From IMG/VR virus record IMGVR_UViG_3300031466_000001, positions 148,289-212,288 of that record: 64,000 nt of DNA, one strand, 5' to 3'. The notes beneath the pieces were generated by a model. The model was given only the letters and a program-made list of their open reading frames with translations, made no database searches and was not told the origin of the DNA. Source of the DNA: a virus. Taxonomy: Duplodnaviria; Caudoviricetes. Each line of letters opens with the position of its first letter. Within the stretch, counting starts at the first letter, position 1. Made by a program: the position numbers and the translations under genes. Of this stretch, positions 46,821 to 56,552 are shown piece after piece.

Positions 46821-47354
46821 TTAAGAAGTAGATGTCGCCACACCGCCATTTATAAAATTATCTAATATGTTAGTCACAAATTTCATATAATCCTCTCGGA
46901 ATTTATAATCTCTCGAATGGAGATCCGTATCAAAGATTCTAACAGACCTCTCCTCCATATAAAGTTGATAATTCTTAGGTTTCATTTCCGTTATTAAAAA
47001 TATTCTGCCTTTATATGTATAGAAAGGTATAGAATCCCTCAAGACAAAATATTCTCTTGAAGGTCTTAAGAAACCAATGACCCTAGCCTTATCCTCTACA
47101 GTAATAAGTTCATTTTGAATATATCTAAGAAATTTGAATATAAAAAGAGTTTTATTATTTAAAAATTCCGCTTTTATAATGATATTTTCTTTAGTCGCTT
47201 CCATTTCTCTCAATTTAATATTCTCTTCCCTTGTTAATAACTGCGTCAATTCAATAAACCTACCCAATGTATATTTATCTTTATCAGGATACACATTTAT
47301 CATAAAAAAAGGATTTATCATATTAATTGAATCTTTAATAGGTTCATTTTTCAT
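46821..47354 (-). CDS. hypothetical protein (paralog of 47400..47924)
   Basis: PxFxIxxxPxKDKY...YTYKGxIF...DTD...Y.F..DY shared with its neighbour. Confidence 0.7.
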   Translation of the reverse strand: MKNEPIKDSINMINPFFMINVYPDKDKYTLGRFIELTQLLTREENIKLREMEATKENIIIKAEFLNNKTLFIFKFLRYIQNELITVEDKARVIGFLRPSREYFVLRDSIPFYTYKGRIFLITEMKPKNYQLYMEERSVRIFDTDLHSRDYKFREDYMKFVTNILDNFINGGVATSTS

Positions 47355-47399
47355 GAAAAAATTCCTCCTGTGATGATGGATAATTATTAATTTTTACCA

Positions 47400-47924
47400 T
47401 TACTTATTTTTCTCCACTGAGTCTATAAATTCATTAAATATTTTCGGAATGTAATCTTTATAATCATCCTCAAAAATATATTCTTTCATACGATTATCTG
47501 TGTCCCAAATTTCAACTCGTTGTGTTTTAAACAAAGAATGATCAGATCTTTCTTTCTTCACTATAAATATTTTTCCTTTATAAGTATAAAAATAAATTAC
47601 ATCTCCTGAATACATGTAGCTTTCAGGCAGTAAAAGACCAATAAATTTAGCTGCTTCTTCCGATAATAAGAACTGATCCTGGATAAAATTAAGAACTTTA
47701 AACAGAGATTCAATTTCTTTAATTAAAGTGCCCTCTACAATCATATCATCTTGGCTAGTATCAACCCTATTTGAACCAATACCGCTTTCTGTTTTCAATA
47801 AATCAATTAATTTTGTCACATTTCTTTGGTTATATTTATCCTTACTCGGGAAAAATTTAATAAAGAACGAAGGAAACGATCTGTTCTCTGTAGATGGTTC
47901 GAAATTATACTTCATAAATAACAC
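47400..47924 (-). CDS. hypothetical protein (paralog of 46821..47354)
   Basis: Same shared motifs; late motif at 47945-47956. Confidence 0.7.
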   Translation of the reverse strand: MLFMKYNFEPSTENRSFPSFFIKFFPSKDKYNQRNVTKLIDLLKTESGIGSNRVDTSQDDMIVEGTLIKEIESLFKVLNFIQDQFLLSEEAAKFIGLLLPESYMYSGDVIYFYTYKGKIFIVKKERSDHSLFKTQRVEIWDTDNRMKEYIFEDDYKDYIPKIFNEFIDSVEKNK

Positions 47925-48139
47925 ACTCCTTCTACATTCCTTATTAGTCGATTGTTTTTTGAACCGTTAAATTCAAATATTGCGTATAAATAATATCTAT
48001 TTCTTTTGTATTTTAATTAACAGTAAAATAAGGGTGCTCACCCACCTTAGAATCGTGTAGGGACCTTAAATAGGACCTACACGGTTTTTAATTTTTTACA
48101 AAAAAATAAACCTTCGTAAAGAAGGTCTATGTATAGATA

Positions 48140-48655
48140 CTAATCCGCTATCCATTCAATATTCTTTACTCTCATTTCCATTTCAAAATGTATCCTAAAA
48201 ATATCCTCCTGAGTTAAGTTCAGTCTTTCCATATTTTCTTCTAGTATTTGTGCGGTCTCTCTAAGTGCCAGTATAGCATTTTCAAAACCTATAATCTTAG
48301 CCGCAACAGCATCTGCTTCCAACTCGTCTCTAGATACTCGTCCTTCGATTCTTGCTTTTTCTCTCTCGTCTCTAATATAACTATCATCGACATGACCTAA
48401 CGTATTATGCGCTAATTCATGAAAGATAACAAACCTTAAGAAATTTTCCGAATAAAGATTGGAGAATTCTTCATCGATAAAGACACCCATGGAAAGTGCA
48501 AAGAAAGGATTATTGAATAACTTTAAAGAAGGACCTACAAATACGGGAGCTGAATAATTACTATATTCCTTAAACTTCTCAGAATTGATGATCGCTATAT
48601 CATATTTAGAACCTAAAACTTTCTCATATGTTTTTTGCATCATTAACACCTCCAA
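48140..48655 (-). CDS. HExxH zinc metallopeptidase-like protein
   Basis: FVIFHELAHNTLGH...ELEADAVA. Confidence 0.75.
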   Translation of the reverse strand: MEVLMMQKTYEKVLGSKYDIAIINSEKFKEYSNYSAPVFVGPSLKLFNNPFFALSMGVFIDEEFSNLYSENFLRFVIFHELAHNTLGHVDDSYIRDEREKARIEGRVSRDELEADAVAAKIIGFENAILALRETAQILEENMERLNLTQEDIFRIHFEMEMRVKNIEWIAD

Positions 48656-48764
48656 AATTTTATTTATTATCGTATATCAAATTTATAATGTGTAATCGTC
48701 TATTCAAAAAAGACGAAAAAAATAAGAGTCGTAGTATATACTACGACTCTTATTTTCCATTCGA

Positions 48765-49436
48765 TCAGGATGCAATTTTCTTGAGGATCTTTTTGATGAG
48801 TTTCTTCTTGCCCATATCCTCATCAACCTTGATCCTCTTATCGGCAGCAATCTTTCGAAGCTCTTTTCTACTGAGCTTCTCAAGTTTCTTCCGAATTTTA
48901 TCTTTGTCGATATCAGCATTGAGCTGAACACCGTGGCGTTCCATGGATTCGAACTTACGACCGAGAATCTTAGTCACTTCATCTTTGTTCTTGATGCTTC
49001 CAGCTTTCTCAGGTCCTTTTTCCAGGTACTTATCCCACGAATACGTCTTAAGTTGATACGTTGCTTCAATGTATTCACAGAGAAGCTTGACGTATTTTCT
49101 TTCCCATTCCGACTTCGAGCACAGAATGACAACCTTCATGTCATATACGACAGCTGCTTTGACCATAACCGAGATAAACGCCTCGACTTCCGGATCTTGC
49201 AGCTGATTCATATATGCCTTCTTATAAGGTTTACTTTCCCCACTCACATAAAGGCTGATTACTGACGGAGTTGGAATGAGACGAGGGAAGCTCATGATGT
49301 TTTTCGGTTTATTCTCAATGTCTTTGATCTTGATGTCTTCGCTAATGAGAATAAACTGATACTCGTCGGTATTCTTCACATTCGGAAGAAACTCTTTAAA
49401 GAACTTCTTCGAGTTCATTCTGATAATTACACCCAT
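48765..49436 (-). CDS. hypothetical protein with C-terminal Rho-N/SAP-like helical motif
   Basis: LEKLSRKELRKIAADKRIK...KKKLIKKIL; overlaps the end of the kinase gene. Confidence 0.65.
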   Translation of the reverse strand: MGVIIRMNSKKFFKEFLPNVKNTDEYQFILISEDIKIKDIENKPKNIMSFPRLIPTPSVISLYVSGESKPYKKAYMNQLQDPEVEAFISVMVKAAVVYDMKVVILCSKSEWERKYVKLLCEYIEATYQLKTYSWDKYLEKGPEKAGSIKNKDEVTKILGRKFESMERHGVQLNADIDKDKIRKKLEKLSRKELRKIAADKRIKVDEDMGKKKLIKKILKKIAS

Positions 49437-51097
49437 TGGTTTTTACCTCCACGATTGAATTTATTGTTAAGTCTATCACGATCTGCTCGCTCTTGAAGAT
49501 CTTCATACTCGTCTTCATATTTGTTTTGAGACTCGTCGTCTTGTTCGTCAGTTAAACCACCAAGAGCTTGAAGTTCCCGACGAAGTTTTTCTGCCTCATC
49601 TTCTTCATCGGATTGAACCTCCTCCGAGGGATCTTCCTGGGGTTCAGTATCCTCATTTTCAGATGCCGGCTCGGAAGAATCCACATCTTCCTCTTCCGTG
49701 GTCTCAGCTTGCTCTTCTTCAGGCGTTTCGTCAACAGTTACATCTTCGTCACCACCATCTTTGTTTTCAGTCGCAACAGGTGCCGATTCATTTTGCACTT
49801 CTTCAGACGATTCATCCTTTTTCGGCTCCTCTACAGCTACGACTTTCGTCTCCTCAGTGCTCTGAACGGTAACATTCCCGTCGCTAATCTGGGTAGTTTT
49901 CGTATGTTCGACCACTACCGTCGGCACAGGTTCAGTTTGTTTACCACTCTTTGCGGAGGAGATTTTCTTAAGGTCTTCCATTGCGCGCTCATATGCGTCT
50001 TCAGGGTCAACATGAAATTGCTGCCGGTATCGAGGACCCTGGTTTTGGTTACCATGTGGTGGCTTCCGTTCTTGTTGTTTTTGCTCTTCCACCAGCTTCT
50101 TCAATTTCACTTTGTCAGTTATTTCTACACTGTTTCGATAAACCTTTACTTGATACTGGTTTCCATTTTCCGCCGGTCGGTTAATGGTGGGAGTATCAAC
50201 GCGTCTCATACTCTTCAAGAGTTCGAGGGTGTTGTCGTATGCGTCTCCTTCTCTCCCGGAATTGAATTCGCCAGGTCTTCCTTGGTTCATCTCTTCTTCC
50301 TCCTCTACATCGTCTTTGGGAGTGAAATACTTGGAGGGCTTTTCCTCCCTCCTGGTGGTAGTTTCACTCGCCGTTTCAAACTCTCCGACTTCACTTGTGA
50401 GTTTGAAACTCATTTCCTTTGCTATAATGTTTTCTTGCATTTCTTGTTCAAATGGTATCATTCTCCTTAGGTCTTCAAATTTATACTTTTTGCCGCACTT
50501 CGGACAAACCATTTCATAGAAATTGACATCGTAATCGAGAATGGTCTGATCGTTACGGCAAATAATCTGCTCTGGATTCACCCTATAAATATGGGCGAAG
50601 TCCAGAATCACAAGCTTACCGTCATCTCTATACCCCCAGTTAAGAAAGTTCTTCGTAACGGCACCCACGTCTCCCAACAAATAGGTTTCCGCAAGTACCG
50701 CCAAGATCTGTCTCACCTCATCAATCCGTTCAATGAATTCTTCCCGAGAGATTACCGTCACATATTCATGAACAGAAATGAGGTCATTAGTTTCATAAGT
50801 TTTAACTACAAATGGCTGAAGCTCTTTGGATAATTTAAACTCGTTTACATTATCACGTTTACCTTGTTGGTCAAACGCAATTTTGAAAACGAAGTTGTCG
50901 ATAAGGATCGCCATCCGGTTTGTACCTGGACCAAGCTCGGCATGATCAATACCATGCTTGTTCAGAACATTGAGAATCATGTCTGCTTTGACATTGTTGT
51001 TCCCAATTGTTCTGTCCATACAAATCCGGTCGAGATCCACCAATGCTTCAGGAGTAAAATATTGGTGTATTCTACTACGAAGTCTTTTGGTTGGCAT
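49427..51097 (-). CDS. protein-kinase-like protein with Zn ribbon and long acidic disordered tail
   Basis: LGPGTNR (Gly loop), VFKIA, N..E, GDVG...NWG (catalytic loop), VILDFA; CPKCG; E/D-rich C-terminus. Confidence 0.7.
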   Translation of the reverse strand: MPTKRLRSRIHQYFTPEALVDLDRICMDRTIGNNNVKADMILNVLNKHGIDHAELGPGTNRMAILIDNFVFKIAFDQQGKRDNVNEFKLSKELQPFVVKTYETNDLISVHEYVTVISREEFIERIDEVRQILAVLAETYLLGDVGAVTKNFLNWGYRDDGKLVILDFAHIYRVNPEQIICRNDQTILDYDVNFYEMVCPKCGKKYKFEDLRRMIPFEQEMQENIIAKEMSFKLTSEVGEFETASETTTRREEKPSKYFTPKDDVEEEEEMNQGRPGEFNSGREGDAYDNTLELLKSMRRVDTPTINRPAENGNQYQVKVYRNSVEITDKVKLKKLVEEQKQQERKPPHGNQNQGPRYRQQFHVDPEDAYERAMEDLKKISSAKSGKQTEPVPTVVVEHTKTTQISDGNVTVQSTEETKVVAVEEPKKDESSEEVQNESAPVATENKDGGDEDVTVDETPEEEQAETTEEEDVDSSEPASENEDTEPQEDPSEEVQSDEEDEAEKLRRELQALGGLTDEQDDESQNKYEDEYEDLQERADRDRLNNKFNRGGKNQWV

Positions 51098-51125
51098 CTA
51101 TCTCACCTTTTCTTAGTTTTATTTT

Positions 51126-52109
51126 TTATTTAAAGATGTCTGCAACTGTAAACGATTCCATTTCAGCCTGGAAGTCTTCGAAGCTATCATAACCTCCATC
51201 TGTCATCAGTTGGACAATCAGATTATCCTGATTATATGCGTCTTTCTTCTTCTTTTTCTTTTTCTTCTTTTCATCTTTAAAGATCTTCGAAATTCTCTTG
51301 CTAACACCAGCTTTACGCATGAGTTTAACAGAATTCCAGCCGAGCTTACCAAGCTCTCTATAGATGGAAACTTCGTCCATCGATTCTTTATTCATATATT
51401 GACCACGGAAGAATACAACCTCACGTTCTTCTTCTCTGGTATCACGAAGTTTCTTAGCAAACGTACCGTCGCAATAATCCGACAAAGAGAAGACAGTATC
51501 ATCACTTTCTTTCTTGTAATTTCCGCTATTTTTGGTCCGGAAATATTCTTCCAAGAATTCAATACTATTCGAAATATTTTTCAAAGAAATTTTACGAGAC
51601 GACTTAATCTCACCTTTTCTGATGAGTTTCTTAACAATTTTCTTTTTCTTTTTATCAACGTTTTTACTTCCGAAAACCCGAACAACGCCTTCTTTATTTT
51701 TTTCATTCTCAGGAACGTATAAATTCTCGATCTTATCGAGTGTTTCTTCATTGATATCGTAACTTCTCCGCTTACTGATGATAATATTGTTTTTCAATGA
51801 AAATTTATTGAGTTCGTTAAGTTTGAGTCCCGGTTTAGGCGGAATAAACTCTGTAACCTGATTATATTTAATTTTCAATTTAAGAATTTCAACGCCACCA
51901 TACTTCTTTGCCAACAACGACATGTATTCATTATAGATGGTAACTGCTTTGAGAAAATCTGTGATGTCCTTATATCTTCTGCGAATCCTTCTAGCTTCCC
52001 GTTCAAGTTCGCTGGAAGGTTCGTCGTTGAATCTATGATAGTTATCACCGAAATCTTGCACATATACTTCGAGTAATGCGCTTTTAGCAGTTCCGAAATT
52101 AATCTGCAT
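51126..52109 (-). CDS. Lys-rich conserved phage protein
   Basis: 327 aa with poly-K tracts; first gene of the operon after the early motif at 52149. Confidence 0.7.
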   Translation of the reverse strand: MQINFGTAKSALLEVYVQDFGDNYHRFNDEPSSELEREARRIRRRYKDITDFLKAVTIYNEYMSLLAKKYGGVEILKLKIKYNQVTEFIPPKPGLKLNELNKFSLKNNIIISKRRSYDINEETLDKIENLYVPENEKNKEGVVRVFGSKNVDKKKKKIVKKLIRKGEIKSSRKISLKNISNSIEFLEEYFRTKNSGNYKKESDDTVFSLSDYCDGTFAKKLRDTREEEREVVFFRGQYMNKESMDEVSIYRELGKLGWNSVKLMRKAGVSKRISKIFKDEKKKKKKKKKDAYNQDNLIVQLMTDGGYDSFEDFQAEMESFTVADIFK

Positions 52110-52246
52110 TTATTTTTCCTCCTCATTAATACGATTTTCGATGTAGTTATAATATATATTCTATTTTTAAATAAAAAATGTTAGAGTGATATTTACTAAA
52201 AAATATCACTCTAACATTTGTCTTTATTTTTTATTCTTGTTTCTAT

Positions 52247-53068
52247 TTAGGAGGTTAGAACGTCAATCGCCCAGCTATCGAGCTCATCTTTTAGACGGTC
52301 CACCTCGGAGAGATCAAAGCAGAAAACATCATGTTTCTCAGGCTCCCCAGATTTGATCTTACTGATGAAATCTTCGTTTATCTCGTTTACATCTATTTGG
52401 TAAATAAGCCCTATATGTTCGAGATCTGTGAATGTTTTTGTTTTAAGCAGACCAAAAGTTGGGTACTCAGGAATGGATTTGAGGATTTTGTCTTTGATCG
52501 AACTATCCTCAAACATAAGTTCTTCTTCGATCTCTCTCTTAATAGACAGACGCAAATAATTTATTTCGGGATTAAAATAGATCTCAGGACTGAATTCGAC
52601 GTGTCCTTGGATCAATGTGATCTTTTTTGCTATACGATTATTTTCATTAGTTTTAAGCATAATCACTTTCTTCCCGTCAGTAATAAATGCGCCTACGACA
52701 ATCTGTCTGTATCTAACATCATATTCAGCGTCACAGCGCTGAATAAATCGTACAAAAGGATCTTGTGTATAAAGCAATTTATTACTAAAAACAAAGTTTC
52801 CGTCATGAGCCAGTTCTTGTTCTTTTGAGTTTACATTCAAAGTAAAGACGGGCCAATCCGAATCCTCTGTGTAAATTATGTCAGATGCCAGACAGAGAAG
52901 ATATTTTGAATATTTTTCTTTGTCGAACCTGAGAAGAGAGTTTCTCAGCTCATATTTGATATAGTTATAGCTATCGGAATCTACTGGGTGTTTACGGAGT
53001 TCAGACTCAAGATCCCGAATCCTCTCCAATGTTACGGGACTCTCCCGATCCATATAATTTTCGGACAT
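52247..53068 (-). CDS. NUDIX-family hydrolase
   Basis: R..AE.D..YRQI...QGHVE...REIEEEL...HIGL...DSW. Confidence 0.7.
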   Translation of the reverse strand: MSENYMDRESPVTLERIRDLESELRKHPVDSDSYNYIKYELRNSLLRFDKEKYSKYLLCLASDIIYTEDSDWPVFTLNVNSKEQELAHDGNFVFSNKLLYTQDPFVRFIQRCDAEYDVRYRQIVVGAFITDGKKVIMLKTNENNRIAKKITLIQGHVEFSPEIYFNPEINYLRLSIKREIEEELMFEDSSIKDKILKSIPEYPTFGLLKTKTFTDLEHIGLIYQIDVNEINEDFISKIKSGEPEKHDVFCFDLSEVDRLKDELDSWAIDVLTS

Positions 53069-53101
53069 TTAAAAGCTCCTTTCCGTTTCTACTTCCCCAT
53101 A

Positions 53102-53746
53102 TTAATTTGTTTTTTGAGATTTATTTTTTAATTTATATTCTTCATATGCTTCTTTAACACCTTTATCACAGAGCGAGTTTTGAAGGATGATAAACGCAAA
53201 TTCTTCATCGCTAACCTTACAATTATTAAATTTTTCAAATTTTTTCTTAACTTGTTTCATATTTTTACTAGAAACATGTGAGTTTACATGAAAGAATTCA
53301 ACCTTGATCTTTTTCTCTTTCTTCAACCACTCTATATATGCAAAAGATTTCAATATCTCTTCTTGATTGATAACTGGCTCATTGTTCGAATTATACAAAA
53401 TACCATTTTTCGCTCTCCTTATCCAACCATATATCCATTTAGTTAAGGAATTATAATAAAGCATCGAATCGGTAAAAACTTTTACTTGATATTCTCCTTT
53501 ATATAATTCACTTTCTTTGATTTTTTGAACAACCCATTCCAAACCTTTTCTAATAGCATTGATTTCTGAGAAATTTCCTGTCGCATTTACATTGACATTT
53601 TTCTCCTCATATGCCAACTCAGGCTTAGAATTATCTATAACATGCAACACACGAACTGATGTTACAGAATCGAATTTAGGTGGTTTTTCTTGGGTTCGAA
53701 ATTGGCCACCATCAGTAAATATGAGAAACTTTATCATCATAGTCAC
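53102..53746 (-). CDS. rnhA: ribonuclease HI
   Basis: IFTDGG, TGNFSEINA, FTDS, W...W, VINQE, HVNSH, N...D. Confidence 0.85.
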   Translation of the reverse strand: MTMMIKFLIFTDGGQFRTQEKPPKFDSVTSVRVLHVIDNSKPELAYEEKNVNVNATGNFSEINAIRKGLEWVVQKIKESELYKGEYQVKVFTDSMLYYNSLTKWIYGWIRRAKNGILYNSNNEPVINQEEILKSFAYIEWLKKEKKIKVEFFHVNSHVSSKNMKQVKKKFEKFNNCKVSDEEFAFIILQNSLCDKGVKEAYEEYKLKNKSQKTN

Positions 53747-53747
53747 C

Positions 53748-54062
53748 TCATTCTTCTATGCATGTTATGTATTCGGGTGGTATAACATCAATCGCAATTA
53801 ATTCATCATCATATACTCCCTGAATAAGTGGGAAATCATCCGGTAGAGTTACCTTTAAAATTACAGTTTCCTCATCTTCGCCAAAGAAATCTTCGTCCAT
53901 CCAACTACCCAAAGCATCTTCTAATGCTTCAATTGTTTTAAATAAATAAACTCCTTTCGGATCATTTACACGTATGGTATTTTTACCAATTTGTGGAATA
54001 AGCCCTTGTTTCATTATGGATTCTTTATTTTCTGCTTTTGTTATATGATAACAATAACGCAT
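53748..54062 (-). CDS. small ADP-ribosyltransferase-fold protein (KptA/Tpt1-like)
   Basis: YHIT...ESIMKQGLIP...GVYL...VILKV...E...IPPEYI. Confidence 0.6.
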   Translation of the reverse strand: MRYCYHITKAENKESIMKQGLIPQIGKNTIRVNDPKGVYLFKTIEALEDALGSWMDEDFFGEDEETVILKVTLPDDFPLIQGVYDDELIAIDVIPPEYITCIEE

Positions 54063-54064
54063 TT

Positions 54065-54190
54065 TTACATCACCTTACCTAAAAGTTGCTCAAAAAAATG
54101 AACTATAATATAAGGCGGCCGCCTTGCCATCTGGTTTGACCTCCTTCATCCCATTGGGCTTGTATACATTCGTTGTATACAGGCCGCCTT
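54065..54190 (-). promoter_or_regulatory. structured leader with a 21-aa uORF upstream of the ART-like gene
   Basis: AAGGCGGCC...GGCCGCCTT outer stem, TGTATACA hairpin, AAGGAGGT RBS, ORF 54065..54130 MARRPPYIIVHFFEQLLGKVM*. Confidence 0.45.
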
Positions 54191-54247
54191 TTTATTCTAT
54201 AAATAAAAAATATACCGTATACCTTCATTGAGGTATACGGTATATTT

Positions 54248-54586
54248 TTATTGTCTTTTTACCGAAATGACATCAAATTTATACTCATTAAATCCGTTAA
54301 ACAACGAATCATCAACTTCAAGTAAAAGGGAGTTACGAATTCTTCCTTTGATATATGCATCATTGTCATATCTAAACTCTTTTTTCACAGCTTCGGTAAG
54401 CTGGTCTTTGAAGTTTTTCATTGCCGCATAAGGTACAAATTCTCCGGTCTCGCGGCCAGCAAAGTCGTAATCTTCTAGTTTAAGTTCGGGAAAACCAATA
54501 ACAATACAGCTTATTTTCTTCGTTTCATCATTTCTCCCAATTAGTACCCTAAACGAAAAGATAGTTGGTTTATCATAGAACATCAT
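54248..54586 (-). CDS. hypothetical protein
   Basis: GGAGGG RBS; followed by a terminator at 54206-54249. Confidence 0.65.
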   Translation of the reverse strand: MMFYDKPTIFSFRVLIGRNDETKKISCIVIGFPELKLEDYDFAGRETGEFVPYAAMKNFKDQLTEAVKKEFRYDNDAYIKGRIRNSLLLEVDDSLFNGFNEYKFDVISVKRQ

Positions 54587-54613
54587 ACCCTCCGCCGTCC
54601 TCTCCCAAGATCA

Positions 54614-55282
54614 TTATTTAGTAACAATTTCGTCTAGAGTTTCTGGAAGAATGAATCCATCGACCTCAAGATAAGTATATTTCGTTTCAATAATACTCAT
54701 ATCTTGTTTTTCAATTTCTTTCGACATTTTAAGTTTAATTTGGAGCATTTCCTTGAGATCGTCAGAGATATATTCATCATATTCCTCGATGAATTGAATG
54801 AAATTTCCTCTGACGTTTTGAAGCGGGATAAAAAGTTTACCAGAATGTACCAATTGATGAACAGTGGTTGACAAGGGAATAAGACCGACCTTGTTCTGAT
54901 AATGAAGTTTCATAACTTCTTTCGCAATCTTGAGCGGTCTGATCGGATTTCCCTCACGAATCCATTTTTCAAGCACAATTTGGGTAATATCATAAAGGGT
55001 AAAAGGTTCGTGATGAATCTCAATGGACACTTTACCTTTACCGTTTTTTACCACACCTTGAAAGAATGAGCATTGTGTCATGTCAATATATTCACGCAGG
55101 TAACCAGTATAGTCTTTATTTTCAAGAGATGAGCGAACATCCCGCTCGATGCTTTTGATTAACTTAACTTTATCTTTATCAGATGTAATGACAACATTTC
55201 GACTTGTCGGGGGAATATTTTCTATTCTTTTTACCTCTATTTTACTATCATTGGTGTAAGATTCAATCTTAGGTAATCGCAT
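54614..55282 (-). CDS. HNH-like conserved phage protein (paralog of 44373..45014)
   Basis: C...IEIHH.PFTLYD...LSTTVHQLVH.G.LFI. Confidence 0.55.
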   Translation of the reverse strand: MRLPKIESYTNDSKIEVKRIENIPPTSRNVVITSDKDKVKLIKSIERDVRSSLENKDYTGYLREYIDMTQCSFFQGVVKNGKGKVSIEIHHEPFTLYDITQIVLEKWIREGNPIRPLKIAKEVMKLHYQNKVGLIPLSTTVHQLVHSGKLFIPLQNVRGNFIQFIEEYDEYISDDLKEMLQIKLKMSKEIEKQDMSIIETKYTYLEVDGFILPETLDEIVTK

Positions 55283-55332
55283 TTTTTAACCCCCTCTACT
55301 GAAGTTTTAATTCATAGTGTTACATGACGGAT

Positions 55333-55581
55333 TTAGATTTCCACAAGCATATTTTCTACAACGTTTTCAACCTTTTCCTCAATATCTTCATTGTCATGAT
55401 CGTATTCAGGAATATTTGAAACCAATTTCTTGATTTCAGGATCGTTTTCCGCACCGATCACAGCAATATCGGGGTCATTGAGAAAAATATCTTTAACGTC
55501 TACCGAATTTTCAAGTACAGAATCATTCACAGATTCCTGTTCTTTATATTTATGAATAGATTTTTTAAGATCGTTAAACAT
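55333..55581 (-). CDS. small acidic hypothetical protein
   Basis: 82 aa, AAGGGAG RBS. Confidence 0.65.
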   Translation of the reverse strand: MFNDLKKSIHKYKEQESVNDSVLENSVDVKDIFLNDPDIAVIGAENDPEIKKLVSNIPEYDHDNEDIEEKVENVVENMLVEI

Positions 55582-55609
55582 ACCAATCTCCCCTTATGAG
55601 GTTTTTACA

Positions 55610-56056
55610 TTAATGTTTTAGGACGACGTAGTTGATTATCTCTTTCATATCAAAATACTCATCGGGGGTAACGCATGATTCTCCATCTTCATCCAAATCT
55701 TCAAGTATCCTCTGTATAAAAATAAAAAACTGAGCTAAAATCTTTCTCTCCTTTTTACCAAATTTAATATATTTCGCCATTTTCTTTATTTCGCTATAAA
55801 ATAAACCCAATTCTTCAATCCTACCTAAAGCTATTGCTTTAGCCTCATCCAACTCATAGTCGAATAGGGCCATCTTATACAAAGGATTCCATCTCAATTC
55901 ACGATCTTCAATATCCTCCACCCCGGTTGTATCTATATCCGACACTTTACAAATGTCATAGTTCTTAAATCCTCTTGATTTCAAAAATGACTTTAATATC
56001 TTCTTTTTCCTAGCGTAACCAACAAAATTATTATTTCGAAAGATCAAATAGATCAT
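55610..56056 (-). CDS. hypothetical protein, paralog family X (1/4)
   Basis: N-terminal beta hairpin then K..LK.F...R...Y.I.KV; acidic C-terminus. Confidence 0.65.
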   Translation of the reverse strand: MIYLIFRNNNFVGYARKKKILKSFLKSRGFKNYDICKVSDIDTTGVEDIEDRELRWNPLYKMALFDYELDEAKAIALGRIEELGLFYSEIKKMAKYIKFGKKERKILAQFFIFIQRILEDLDEDGESCVTPDEYFDMKEIINYVVLKH

Positions 56057-56538
56057 TCGCTCACATTCCTTCCAATTATTTTAAATGCCATTTTTCCAAG
56101 ATTGAAGAAAATATCCTCAGGTGAATCTTCATCGGGAGCTATTTCATATTCGAATCTATTGGAATATTCATTGAGATGATGAATGACCATGGAAATAAAT
56201 TCCAATACTGTTGTATATTCATCATCCTTCAGTTTCAAAAATGGTAATATTCCCTCAAAAAGATTTTTTAGTGTAGAATTTATATCCAAGATCATTTGAT
56301 CAAATGATATACTAAAGTATTCGAACTCATCTGGGAACATTACTACTCCCGAGACAAGTACTGCATTTATGTCTATTTCTCTTAAATATTCTTCTATTTC
56401 ATCAGCATCAACTTTCTCAATTTTGTATTGTTTCATATCTCTTTGCTTCTTGAAACATTTTAAAATTTCTTTATTTGGTATAATCCCTATAAGGGAGTAA
56501 TCTTGGTCTATATCAAGTACTGCATATACTTTTCCCAT
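56053..56538 (-). CDS. hypothetical protein, paralog family X (2/4)
   Basis: FKKQRDMKQYKIEKV...GVVMFPDEFEY. Confidence 0.7.
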   Translation of the reverse strand: MGKVYAVLDIDQDYSLIGIIPNKEILKCFKKQRDMKQYKIEKVDADEIEEYLREIDINAVLVSGVVMFPDEFEYFSISFDQMILDINSTLKNLFEGILPFLKLKDDEYTTVLEFISMVIHHLNEYSNRFEYEIAPDEDSPEDIFFNLGKMAFKIIGRNVSE

Positions 56539-56552
56539 AATTTTACCTCCTT

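Noticed and set aside
25926-52221. Long perfect palindromes (25927-25974, 45423-45452, 48719-48756, 52176-52219) as mobile or REP elements
   Set aside because: They share no sequence with each other and sit at gene ends with A/T tails, so they are ordinary, often bidirectional, intrinsic terminators.
54112-54190. tRNA
   Set aside because: Similar size and closing stem, but no T-psi-C or D-loop consensus, 7-nt anticodon loop or CCA end.
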